Shown one piece after another: positions 30,066 to 40,076 of a stretch of 64,000 bases of DNA. Made by a program: the position numbers and the translations under genes. The stretch is from Promethearchaeota archaeon. GTDB taxonomy: Archaea > Asgardarchaeota > Lokiarchaeia > Sigyniarchaeales > SOKP01. Where the stretch lies: contig JAHPZJ010000013.1 in assembly GCA_019058245.1 (NCBI GenBank), positions 41,166-105,165 of the forward strand, read 5' to 3'. The notes beneath the pieces were generated by a model that was given only the letters and a program-made list of their open reading frames with translations, was not told where the DNA came from and ran no database searches. The number at the start of each line of letters is the position of its first letter. The first letter of the stretch is position 1.

Positions 30066-30082
30066 AATGCAAAAATTGCATT
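30066..30082. promoter_or_regulatory. Candidate operator ATGCAA-N3-TTGCAT, copy 3 (perfect)
   Basis: AATGCAA-AAA-TTGCATT just upstream of the TATA-like box (30051-30060) of the moeB-tusA-thiI operon. Confidence 0.55.
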
Positions 30083-30293
30083 AACCTATTTATACGATAC
30101 TGAATGATTAATTCGAAAGGAACTAAATTTAATCATAATTGGATTTCGCCCTATAATGAATCATTATAGTTTTTTTATCTATCCCCTAATTTCTTAAAAA
30201 AAATTGATTTAATTTTTCCTTTTGTTCTTTTTTTTAATTTTATTAAGTAATCTTTAATTAATATTTAAATAAACTAAAAGATGTAAAGAATCT

Positions 30294-31274
30294 ATGAAAG
30301 CAGCAGTTATTGAAGACATTAATAAAATTATATATAAGAAAAATTATCCTAAACCTATTCCTGGTCCAGACGAGGCATTAGTTAAAGTACATTATTGTGG
30401 AATTTGTGGGAGTGATATAACTAATTTTAAATATAAATTATACAAAATGCCTCTAATAGGGGGACATGAAATTACTGGGGAAATTAAAGAAATTGGTGAG
30501 AATGTTTTTGAGGCAAGTGTAGGAGATAAAGTTCTTTGTGTTAATGTATCGCTTGATTTTACTCAAGATGAATTGAGTGGTTTAGGAATATTTCAAGATG
30601 GAGGATTTGCTGAGTATGTGAAAGTACCTAAAAACTCAATATTTCCCCTTCCTAAAAATATTTCTACTAAAGATGCTGCATTGATTGAAACATTTGCGTT
30701 AATAATGCGAGCGTTTAAATTATCAAGAATTGAAAAGAATGAAAATATTCTTATTATTGGAGGAGGAAATGTTGGATTAGCAACTTTAAAATCAGTATTA
30801 ATTGAAAAAGATCCCAATTACGTTATTGTGGTTGAACCTCAAGAATTTTTACGCAAAAAAGCAATTGAAATAGGTGCAACAAAAGCAGTTGATACAAGCA
30901 GAGCCAAAATAAAAAAAATAACAAAAAATCTGGGAATACCAACATTTATTTTTGATTGTGTTGGAAATGAAGAAACACTTTCCAATGCGGTTTACTTTAT
31001 TAAAAAAGGAGGGACTATTTTATTAGAAGGTATACATAAAGGAACTATAACATTTCCTATATTCATGTTAAATTCCAAAGAGGTAACTTTGAAAGGAAGT
31101 TTAGGTCATGATCGAGATGACATTCTAGCGGCAATCGATTTATTTGCTGAGGGAATAGTTGATGCTAATGAATTTATTTCTAAAGTGATTCGTTTAGAAG
31201 ATATGCAGAAAACCTTCGAAAGATTTTTAGAGCCATCAGGAAGGGATTTTATAAAAATTTTAGTAAAAATTTAA
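30294..31274 (+). CDS. Zn-dependent medium-chain alcohol dehydrogenase
   Basis: CGICGSD, GHEITG, GGFAEY, IIGGGNVG, DCVG; lacks the four-Cys structural Zn loop. Confidence 0.88.
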   Translation: MKAAVIEDINKIIYKKNYPKPIPGPDEALVKVHYCGICGSDITNFKYKLYKMPLIGGHEITGEIKEIGENVFEASVGDKVLCVNVSLDFTQDELSGLGIFQDGGFAEYVKVPKNSIFPLPKNISTKDAALIETFALIMRAFKLSRIEKNENILIIGGGNVGLATLKSVLIEKDPNYVIVVEPQEFLRKKAIEIGATKAVDTSRAKIKKITKNLGIPTFIFDCVGNEETLSNAVYFIKKGGTILLEGIHKGTITFPIFMLNSKEVTLKGSLGHDRDDILAAIDLFAEGIVDANEFISKVIRLEDMQKTFERFLEPSGRDFIKILVKI

Positions 31275-31553
31275 TTTTTCATTATAATATTTATTTCTTT
31301 TAGAAAAGATACAATTTCATTTAGATTAAATTTAACGGAAAGCAAAATAATAAAAACTCTACAATCATACAAGTGATCTAATTTTTTAGACAATTTTCTC
31401 TTTATTTTTAACTAATTTCATATTTTATTGAAAGAATTTTCTCGAAATAATTGTTTTTTAAGAGAGAAAACAAAAAAACTTAAATACAATATTAAGTAAG
31501 ATAAATGCAATATCAATATTTGCTATTTTGAATTTTTATAAAGAGAGAGGGTT

Positions 31554-32552
31554 ATGCACGAAGAAATCGAACAAGAAGATGAAGAGCTAGAAAAATGGGA
31601 AAAAAAGGAATAGTTTGTTTATACAGAAAAACCAAAGCCATATAATAAAAAAGGTTATAGAAAGTTCGCATCCGCATATGGTACTCTAATTTTAAAAGCC
31701 GAAAGTCTTTTAATTGGAGATTTTGCTTTAAAATATTTAAATATTCTTAACATCGAAAGATTTAGAAAAAGACCACGTATTATAATACATAGTAAAGAAG
31801 GAATGACTTACTGGCTTTTAGGGTATCCTCCAAAATTTAATGATGTAGATCAAGTAATTTCATTACTTAGGGAGAAGTTAAAAGAATATGACAAAATAAA
31901 AATTGAAAATGCAAAGAAATTCATTATTGATCTTCCAAATTTATACAGAGAAATTAATCTGGATGATTTGGTTTTACGAACAGGTTTAAAAAAGGCTGAT
32001 ATATTAAAAATCATAGAAACCTTAATCTTAAATGGAGAACTCAAAGCTGAAATTAGAGGGGATATTCTTAAACTCAAAAGAGAACCAGAAATCATAACAT
32101 CAGCTGAAGGATATATATCTGAAACCTCTACAATTCAAGAAATAGAAAAAAAAGAAGGAATGCAGATATTTGTAAGTTATGCCACCAGGGATGCTGATTT
32201 ATATAAAATACCTGATCTTGCCAGAAAACTTGAAGAATTTAATGAAATTGGAGAGGTTCTTTATTGGCAGGAAGATATGCATGATAGTATAATAGAATAT
32301 ATGAATGATAATCTTAAGAGAAGTGATGTGGTTCTTTTATTTTGCTCCCCAAATGCTTTAGATTCCGTACCTGTTAAGAAAGAATGGATGGCTGCGGAGG
32401 CAATACAAAAACCGATAGTTCCTGTTTTTATTAAACCAGAACATATCCCCACACTATTAAGTGACAGATTAGGTATTGAATTTGACAGTTTTGATCTTCA
32501 AAAAAATGTGCAAGAAATCTATGAACTTATTCTTAAAAAAAAACAAAATTAA
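31554..32552 (+). pseudogene. N-terminal domain-PCI-TIR protein with an in-frame TAG at 31611-31613 (or a shorter CDS 31803..32552)
   Basis: ATG 31554 after gagaggg; frame continuous with the 31803 ORF except for one TAG. PCI-like YREINLDDL..IETLILNGELKAEI; TIR IFVSYA..WQEDM..SVPVKKEW..IPTLL. Confidence 0.7.
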
Positions 32553-32710
32553 TTGTAAAGACTTGCTATCATATCTGAAGAAATTAAGCCAGAAAAGTAG
32601 GAGTATTATCTAAACGATAAAAACCACTGTATATTTTTAAATTTTCTATATCCTTTTAATTCTAAAATAATTCATATGATATAACCAATCAATTGAAAAT
32701 TTAATTATAA

Positions 32711-33667
32711 ATGTTATTTCGAGGAATAGAAGAAGCTTATTATAGAATTAGCAACGTCGCAAATAAGACTCCTATTATGACTTCAAGAACTTTAGATCGC
32801 CTCTTGAAATTAAAAATTTTTTTTAAATGTGAGAATTTCCAAAGAGGCGGAGCCTTTAAATTCCGAGGAGCTTATAACACATTATCTTTACTTTCAGAAA
32901 AACAAAAGAAAAAAGGGGTTATAACTCATTCAAGTGGTAATCATTCTCAAGCTATCGCTCTATCTGCCTCATTATTGGGAATTAAGGCAACAATAGTAAT
33001 GCCAAAAGGAGCACCTATAAATAAGATCAATGCCACAAAAAGTTATAACGCAAAAGTTGTATTTTGTGACAACACCCTTGAGGCGAGAATTAACACTACA
33101 GAAGGTATAATTAAAGAAGAAAATTTGATCTTAATTCATCCTTATGATAATGATAATATAATTAATGGAGCAGGAACAGCGGCTTATGAATTAATTAAAG
33201 AAATTGGGCTATTAGATATCGTTATTGCTTCTATAGGTGGGGGTGGTCTAATAAGTGGAACTGCTCTTGCTACTAAAGGTTTATGTCCTTATGCTCGTAT
33301 TATTGGTGTTGAACCATCTTTAGCAGATGATGCATTTAGATCACTTAAAGCGGGTCATATCATACCTAGTACTTATCCAAAGACAATAGCAGATGGTTTA
33401 CGGACTTCTCTATGTGAAAGAACATTTAATATTATTCGCACATATGTTGATGAAATAATAACTGTTTCAGAAATTGAAATAGTCAATGCTATGAAATTTC
33501 TCTGGGAACGGATGAAAATAATAGTAGAACCTTCAGGAGCGGTTCCTTTAGCAGCTATTCTATCGAAAAAAATTGTTTTAGAGAACAAGAAGGTTGGTGT
33601 TATTTTAAGTGGGGGAAATATTGATGTAGAACCCTTTTTTCAATTATTAGAAAAAAAATTGGAATAG
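32711..33667 (+). CDS. Serine/threonine dehydratase or serine racemase family
   Basis: KCENFQRGGAFKFRGA, HSSGNH, GGGGL, TIADGL, VEPSGA, LSGGN. Confidence 0.9.
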   Translation: MLFRGIEEAYYRISNVANKTPIMTSRTLDRLLKLKIFFKCENFQRGGAFKFRGAYNTLSLLSEKQKKKGVITHSSGNHSQAIALSASLLGIKATIVMPKGAPINKINATKSYNAKVVFCDNTLEARINTTEGIIKEENLILIHPYDNDNIINGAGTAAYELIKEIGLLDIVIASIGGGGLISGTALATKGLCPYARIIGVEPSLADDAFRSLKAGHIIPSTYPKTIADGLRTSLCERTFNIIRTYVDEIITVSEIEIVNAMKFLWERMKIIVEPSGAVPLAAILSKKIVLENKKVGVILSGGNIDVEPFFQLLEKKLE

Positions 33668-33670
33668 ATT

Positions 33671-34945
33671 ATGTTAGAATCGCTAAAAGATTTATTTAAA
33701 AATATAAAGCTTTCATGGATTGATTCCATAGCTGATATTGATGTATCCAGTGAGTTTTATACATTAATATCAATATTCCCGAATTTAAAGAAAATCTTTC
33801 AAGAAGCTAGAGAGGAAAATAAAGACGAAATTCAAAGAACAATTAGACATATATTCAGATCTTTTAAGATATTCTTTTTGATAGAAAGCGGAAAATTTTA
33901 TCATGAAACACTTTCAGAAGAATCAGTATTTATGATCAGAGAAAAAGTTTTAGAGCAGCACAATCAGAATAAATTAATCATACCAATACTCTTAATGTAT
34001 CATGATATTGGTAGATATATTGATAATAAAAATCATCCATATCATAGTTATCACCTAATTTCGACAATGAAACTGCTTGAAACTTTTGAACTTGCAAAAA
34101 ACGAAAAACTTCTCGTGAGAAAATTAATTCACTATCATTTATTAATTGCTACAATATTTACTGGTGAATCTACCTTCTATGGAATTTATTCATTATTGAA
34201 TGATCCAGAATTTACCACACTTATTTCTGAAAAAAAGGAAATTGATAGATTCCTTGGTTTGTTAGAAGTTTTTACTTATATTGATATTCTTGGTTATTTT
34301 TACACTAAAATTTATGACCATTATATTAAATATTACGAGGAGATAAGTTCAAAATTAAAAATTATTTTAAATATATGGCCAAATAGGGAATTAGCATTAG
34401 AAAAAGCAATAGCTTATTCACAAGAATGGTTGGAGTGGAGACTTGCTAGCGCTCTTAGAATATTCCAATTTGTTGAAACACAACCACATTTAACAAAGGA
34501 ATTTTATTACAGTAAACTAAAGGAAAGTATAAAAGAAATTAATTTTCAATTACTTAAAGATCTTAATTGGGATTCATTAAAAGATCACTACTTAATAAAT
34601 AATTATAAAATACAGTTGAGATATTCTTTAGCATTTTTAATGATTTTAGCATTTGGGGGTCTTCAACGTATGGGATTAAAAATAAATACTGGTATCTCAT
34701 ACAAATTAATGTTTTTTTGGATTTTACTTTCTAAAGAAATTGAAATAAGGTCTAAAAATAATTCAAAACCTTTATGGAATGTCTATTTAGAAGGGATGCC
34801 TCATTGGTCGAAATTTGATAAAAATTTAATTGAAAAGATAAATACAGATAAAATAGAATTTATTATTCATAACGCAAACCATAAGTTTGATGGTACTAAA
34901 GAAGAATTTACTCTTTACTTGGATTTTAATCTTCTTTTTGATTAA
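33671..34945 (+). CDS. Hypothetical protein, probable HD-domain
   Basis: LLMYHDIG..HPYHS..IHYH..YIDI pattern. Confidence 0.6.
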   Translation: MLESLKDLFKNIKLSWIDSIADIDVSSEFYTLISIFPNLKKIFQEAREENKDEIQRTIRHIFRSFKIFFLIESGKFYHETLSEESVFMIREKVLEQHNQNKLIIPILLMYHDIGRYIDNKNHPYHSYHLISTMKLLETFELAKNEKLLVRKLIHYHLLIATIFTGESTFYGIYSLLNDPEFTTLISEKKEIDRFLGLLEVFTYIDILGYFYTKIYDHYIKYYEEISSKLKIILNIWPNRELALEKAIAYSQEWLEWRLASALRIFQFVETQPHLTKEFYYSKLKESIKEINFQLLKDLNWDSLKDHYLINNYKIQLRYSLAFLMILAFGGLQRMGLKINTGISYKLMFFWILLSKEIEIRSKNNSKPLWNVYLEGMPHWSKFDKNLIEKINTDKIEFIIHNANHKFDGTKEEFTLYLDFNLLFD

Positions 34946-35156
34946 ATAATTCAATTCATTACTTTGGATAAAAAATTACTCTCATTATCCGAAATTGTCA
35001 AAATTTTGCTGTGATATATTATTAAAAAGAAGAAGAGAATTAGAAAAAAATGAGAAGAGAAGCTGATCTATAAGTTCCTAATAAATACATAAGACTAATA
35101 TCTTAATTGAGTCATAGAAAGGTTAAATTGTCAATTTTCTAATTTTACGATAAAAA

Positions 35157-37055
35157 TTATTGAATATCAATTTTACGAAAATAAAGTGTTGATATAACTA
35201 AACAAGCTAAAGAAATAAATGATGATATTAAAACAATACTTACAGGTGTTAATTTTATTGAAGTAATAGTGAAACCGAGTGACTCACTTAAAGGACCTGC
35301 AATTGAACTTAATCCTCCAACTGTATTAGATATCCAAGTCCTTCCTAATTGTTCATAATAATAAGAACTTGTTAAGAGGAGGGGCCATTCATGCCGAACT
35401 AGGATTGGTAAAAAGCTAACTAATGTAGGAACCATCAAAAACAATAATATTGGTATGAAAATAGATAACCCCATTTTTTTGAACAATGTTGAACATAAAA
35501 TACCTATAGCAAGTAATGGAATTAGTGTAATTATACCTATAAGAAAAACAAATCCTCCAATAGAAAATAAATCATTATAATATATTTTATCCACATATAC
35601 CATTCCACTTAGTGTAATTGAAATTGATATAGTCACCATTATTATAATAACAATGAAAATATAAGCTAAAATTTTTCCCCAAAGAAACTCCCAACGTCTT
35701 ACAGGTTTACTAAAGAACCAAGATAAAGATCCACTACTTCTTTCTCCTATAATACTACTCGAGCCAAAAGCAATAGAAAATGCTACTCCAAAATATATAA
35801 GATAAAAACCAAGGAAGATATTTGTTATACTTCGAATCTGATCAATACCAATACTACCTAACATTCGATTTATCATTCTAAATATTAAATTTAGTATGAT
35901 TCCAGGAACAATTCCAATACCCACAAAAACGATAATCTTGATTTTACTCTTAACTAATTCATTTTTAAAAATAATTCCTAACGAACTAAAATACCCACGA
36001 TTTTGTCGATAATGTAATAATATACCAAAAAGGAGTACGAAAATTATTAGTATACCAACCCCTAATCCAAAAAAATTCCATTTAAAAGAAGGGTATTCAG
36101 ATATTTTTATTGTAATTGTGGATGTAAAATTATTTCTTAAACTATCAATACTTAATACAGAAATATTGTGAATACCAGATGAACTAAAATTAATGGGTAA
36201 ACTACCAACAAAATATTTATAAAATCCTGAACCATTTAGTTCATAATAAAATTGTCCATCTATCAAAATTTGGAAAGAAATATTAAGGAATCCATCTATT
36301 ATTGGGCTATCCCATCCTATCCAAGTTAGATTTATAGATCTTAATGCTGTTTGATACATAATACCTTCTCCTGATAAGCCAAACCTAGCTGGGGTTGGAC
36401 CTGTAATGTAATTAAGTGGTTTTGCTAAATCATTAAGGAATGATATATTTGAACTATTAATATATACTTCCGAAGAAGATAATCCATTTACACTAACAAA
36501 ATTTATCGAAGAATCTAAAATCAGAATTTGTCCTTCTATTCCAAATTCATTTAGTTGAAAAAATGAACTATTTGTGATTGTGATGTTCGCAGAATCAAAT
36601 TTCCATATAGTTGTAGAGATAGTTTGACTTGAAACCATATCTAAAGAAGAAGAATCACGACATTCAATGTTTCTATTAATTGTTGAATTATAAATATTCA
36701 CTACTGAAAAATCTGAAAGAATAATATTATCAGATATGCTTGACCCCTGTTGAATATTTAAAATACCTGTATTAAATAAATATATGCTATCTTTAACAGT
36801 AGTATTGATAAGCGTAATTTCTGCATTTTCCATTATAAAAATGGTTTCATTGATAAATGAATCTTCAAAAAGTATAACATCATTATCGTCATAAACTAAA
36901 CTCATATTTGGAGAATTTTTTAGATATTTTGAATAAGATTTATTTTGATCTCGGAATGTTGAGATATTTTGAATTATTGAGAAGAATATTGAAAATGTAA
37001 TTAATAAAATAACTAGAATAGCATATTTTTTAAATCTAAAATATTCAATCTTCAA
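35157..37055 (-). CDS. ABC-2 type permease with large extracellular beta-rich domain
   Basis: N-terminal TM, Ser/Asn/Ile beta-helix-like repeats, C-terminal multi-TM domain with GERSSGSL..SKPVRRWEFLWGK. Confidence 0.8.
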   Translation of the reverse strand: MKIEYFRFKKYAILVILLITFSIFFSIIQNISTFRDQNKSYSKYLKNSPNMSLVYDDNDVILFEDSFINETIFIMENAEITLINTTVKDSIYLFNTGILNIQQGSSISDNIILSDFSVVNIYNSTINRNIECRDSSSLDMVSSQTISTTIWKFDSANITITNSSFFQLNEFGIEGQILILDSSINFVSVNGLSSSEVYINSSNISFLNDLAKPLNYITGPTPARFGLSGEGIMYQTALRSINLTWIGWDSPIIDGFLNISFQILIDGQFYYELNGSGFYKYFVGSLPINFSSSGIHNISVLSIDSLRNNFTSTITIKISEYPSFKWNFFGLGVGILIIFVLLFGILLHYRQNRGYFSSLGIIFKNELVKSKIKIIVFVGIGIVPGIILNLIFRMINRMLGSIGIDQIRSITNIFLGFYLIYFGVAFSIAFGSSSIIGERSSGSLSWFFSKPVRRWEFLWGKILAYIFIVIIIMVTISISITLSGMVYVDKIYYNDLFSIGGFVFLIGIITLIPLLAIGILCSTLFKKMGLSIFIPILLFLMVPTLVSFLPILVRHEWPLLLTSSYYYEQLGRTWISNTVGGLSSIAGPLSESLGFTITSIKLTPVSIVLISSFISLACLVISTLYFRKIDIQ

Positions 37056-38001
37056 TATTTTTCAGCTCCACATTTTTGTTATCTTTTTCGAGTGCTTTCA
37101 TAAAAATATTTTCAATTTCTAATCCAGTTAAACGAAATTCTTTAATAACCACATTATTTTTTAATGAAATTTGAGCGACAGTTGTCCAAACTTGCTTTAA
37201 ATCATTGGCTTCAATAATTAAAGAATCAGCGTCTTCTTCAATTTTTGAAACAATTGGTTTAAGAGAATTACGAAATAGATCATTATTAGGGGTTATTCTT
37301 ATCACTTTTGTACCCAATCTTTCATTTAATTCTTGAATTGATCCTTCCATAATAAGATTACCTTGGTTAATAATCCCAATTGAATCTGCACTCATCTTTT
37401 GAACTTCTGGAAGTATATGTGTTGAAATTAACATTGTTTTTCCCTGTTGCCGTAATTCTTTAAGTAAATCAATCATTTGATTTCGACCAAGTGGATCAAG
37501 ATTAGCCGTTATTTCATCAAGTATTAATAATTCGGGGTCATTCATTAAAGCTTGAGCAATCCCAATTCTTTGCTTCATTCCCGCTGAGAATTTAGCAATT
37601 TTCCGAGATTTCACATTTGATAATTCAACTAGTTTTAATAAATTTGATATACGACTTTTTATTTCTTGTTTTGGCATATGAAAAATAGAACCGATATGTT
37701 TAAGTAATTTTTCCGCTGTCATTTCCATAAAATAAATAGGATTTTCTGGTACATAACCTATAAGTTTATGGATATTAATTTTTTCATTGGAATTAATATT
37801 TTTTCCGAATATTTCTATTTCCCCCGAAGATGGCTTAAGTGATCCAATAAGCATCTTTATTGTAGTAGTCTTTCCAGCTCCATTTGGTCCTAAAAATCCA
37901 TAAATTCCTTCATGGACTATTATATTTAATTTGTTAACAGCAATAGTTTTACTATTAAATATCTTAGTTAACTCGAAAGTTTGAATTATAGGATTCTTCA
38001 T
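37045..38001 (-). CDS. ABC-2 type transporter ATPase
   Basis: GPNGAGKTT, FSAGMKQR, LILDE, ISTH. Confidence 0.93.
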   Translation of the reverse strand: MKNPIIQTFELTKIFNSKTIAVNKLNIIVHEGIYGFLGPNGAGKTTTIKMLIGSLKPSSGEIEIFGKNINSNEKINIHKLIGYVPENPIYFMEMTAEKLLKHIGSIFHMPKQEIKSRISNLLKLVELSNVKSRKIAKFSAGMKQRIGIAQALMNDPELLILDEITANLDPLGRNQMIDLLKELRQQGKTMLISTHILPEVQKMSADSIGIINQGNLIMEGSIQELNERLGTKVIRITPNNDLFRNSLKPIVSKIEEDADSLIIEANDLKQVWTTVAQISLKNNVVIKEFRLTGLEIENIFMKALEKDNKNVELKNIED

Positions 38002-38320
38002 TGTAAAAAAAAATTCTTCTTTCTTTAAATAATATACTATTCAGAAATCTTAATCATTATAAGAATACTATGATTGTATGGTATATTTCGTTATAAACTT
38101 CAGTGTTTATGCCCAATTGACCAAGACTCACTCAAATTCGAACATAACACAAAAAAAGGATATGATGTAAAAAATGGTAAATATTGAAAAAATGTTAAAG
38201 GTCGCCCTTTTTGACGGGATTTTTTACCTCTAAATTTTAAAAAAGAATACATTTTTAGAATAAGAAGGATTTTTTTCTCATGAATAAAAAACTATAATCA
38301 TCCTTTGAAATATTCTTGAA

Positions 38321-39370
38321 TTGGTTGCTGTGTCTGATATTTTTGATAAAACAGTCAAAAAAAAACCCAAGGAAGATTTATGTGTTGTATATGTCATGTT
38401 TTTCGATGAAAAGCGTGGTCAGGTACCATTATTAATGTATCCCGATGATCGACTTAGAAGTGATAAAAGATATATGCGTCCAATAAATTTTCATCCAGTT
38501 TGGTTTTTAGAAACTGAAGATCTTGACCATATTGATTTAGAATATAAAGGATATACATTTTTTGGTAAAAAATTTCTGGCAAAATCAAAAAGGCAAAAAA
38601 GGAGAGCAGGATTAGAGGAAGAAACTCCAGAAACGATAGTAATAATAGTCTCAATTCCAGTTGAAATTGATATTTTTGGAGATGAATTAATAAAAAGATT
38701 AACAGAAGAACTGCGAGAAAATTTCGATGATCAATTATCTGAGGTTATAGAAAGTGAAATTGCATCTGAAGCTGTAATAAAAACACCAAAGATTCATGAA
38801 TGTATTTCCAAAGGAACAAAAATTAAGGTTTTTATGAGGGAACTAATTGATAAAACCATTAAAGATTACTTTTCAAAAGCTATTGAAAATAGAGCAGAAT
38901 CTACCTCTCTCAAGACACAAAAAGCAATAGCGTATTTTTCTCTTAAAGGTTTTGAGTTTTCTCCTCTTAGTAGTTTAAAAGGAGATGGTAGTTTTGCAAA
39001 TTTAGAACTCTTTGAAACATCGAAAAAACCAATAGAACTTATTGGACCAAAATCTATTCTATCAATTACACACCTTAATTTTATTGAAAACAGCCAAGAG
39101 CTTGAGATTACTATCCAAAACAATACAGATAAGGATCTAACAAATATGTCTGTTACAATTACTCATGTTAAAGAATTTTTTGAAAAGGTCATAATGACTC
39201 AAAAAGTTGAATTTTGGTTTTCTCTAGAAGAACTCTTATTTGTTTCTCCAATTGTTCCTCATATTAATGAATATTTAGTTTCTATTAAACAAGAAGATGA
39301 TCATGGTAATAGTAATAAAATTCTCACTCATAAAATTGATTTAAAATTAATAAATAAAATATCTAGTTAA
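38321..39370 (+). CDS. Hypothetical protein, longin/uDENN-like N-terminus and Ig-like C-terminus
   Basis: YVMFFDEKRGQVPLLMYP resembles the FDxxxG..YP start of longin/uDENN folds; LEITIQNNTDKDLTNMSVTI is Ig-like. Confidence 0.5.
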   Translation: MVAVSDIFDKTVKKKPKEDLCVVYVMFFDEKRGQVPLLMYPDDRLRSDKRYMRPINFHPVWFLETEDLDHIDLEYKGYTFFGKKFLAKSKRQKRRAGLEEETPETIVIIVSIPVEIDIFGDELIKRLTEELRENFDDQLSEVIESEIASEAVIKTPKIHECISKGTKIKVFMRELIDKTIKDYFSKAIENRAESTSLKTQKAIAYFSLKGFEFSPLSSLKGDGSFANLELFETSKKPIELIGPKSILSITHLNFIENSQELEITIQNNTDKDLTNMSVTITHVKEFFEKVIMTQKVEFWFSLEELLFVSPIVPHINEYLVSIKQEDDHGNSNKILTHKIDLKLINKISS

Positions 39371-39384
39371 AAAAGGTTATAAGA

Positions 39385-39861
39385 ATGTCAATTGAGCAAA
39401 TTCAAGAAGAAGATATCATTATAAGAAATTATAGAACTTCAGATTATGAAGCAACTCTTGAAATTCTAAAAGATCTAAATGAATTATTTGATATCGGTTT
39501 TAATGAAAAACAATGGAGAGAATCTTCAGGTTTAAGACAATTTAAACCTAATCTTAAAAGAATTACATTAATCGCAGAATTGAAATCAACAGGGCAAGTA
39601 GTAAGTATGGGAATGATAGAGGGTGTAAAAAATACTCTCGGACAATATATTGGTTATCTAGATAATTGGGCAACTAAAAAAGAATTTATTGGAAAGGGAG
39701 TAGGTAAACTCTTAGCAGATAGGGCAATTCAAATTTTAGAATCTTGGGGCACTGATTCCATACGTATTAACCTTGCCTACACTACTGACGAAAAATTAAT
39801 TAATATTTTTAGTAAATTAGGTTTTCAGCCAATTATTACTGTACTTGAAAAAAGATTTTAG
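39385..39861 (+). CDS. GNAT family acetyltransferase
   Basis: IIRNYRTSDY, YLDNWATKKEFIGKGVGKLL, FSKLGF. Confidence 0.85.
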   Translation: MSIEQIQEEDIIIRNYRTSDYEATLEILKDLNELFDIGFNEKQWRESSGLRQFKPNLKRITLIAELKSTGQVVSMGMIEGVKNTLGQYIGYLDNWATKKEFIGKGVGKLLADRAIQILESWGTDSIRINLAYTTDEKLINIFSKLGFQPIITVLEKRF

Positions 39862-40076
39862 TCTTTTAGAGAAATATTAGACTAAATCAAAAAATATAAA
39901 CTTATAATAAATTTGTAAATTCTACATATAATTATACATTTTTGAAAAAAGAGTTTTCTAATTTATTTTTTAATTTAAATTAGAAGAAATATATTTAATT
40001 AGAAGTATACAAATTTATGCATATCATAAATTTATTTTTAAAATATAAAATTCACAAAAGAGAAAAAAATATAAAA

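Noticed and set aside
33665-33673. Dehydratase TAG-ATT-ATG in frame with the next gene
   Set aside because: The dehydratase is complete at normal length and the next gene has its own ATG; nothing suggests a fusion.
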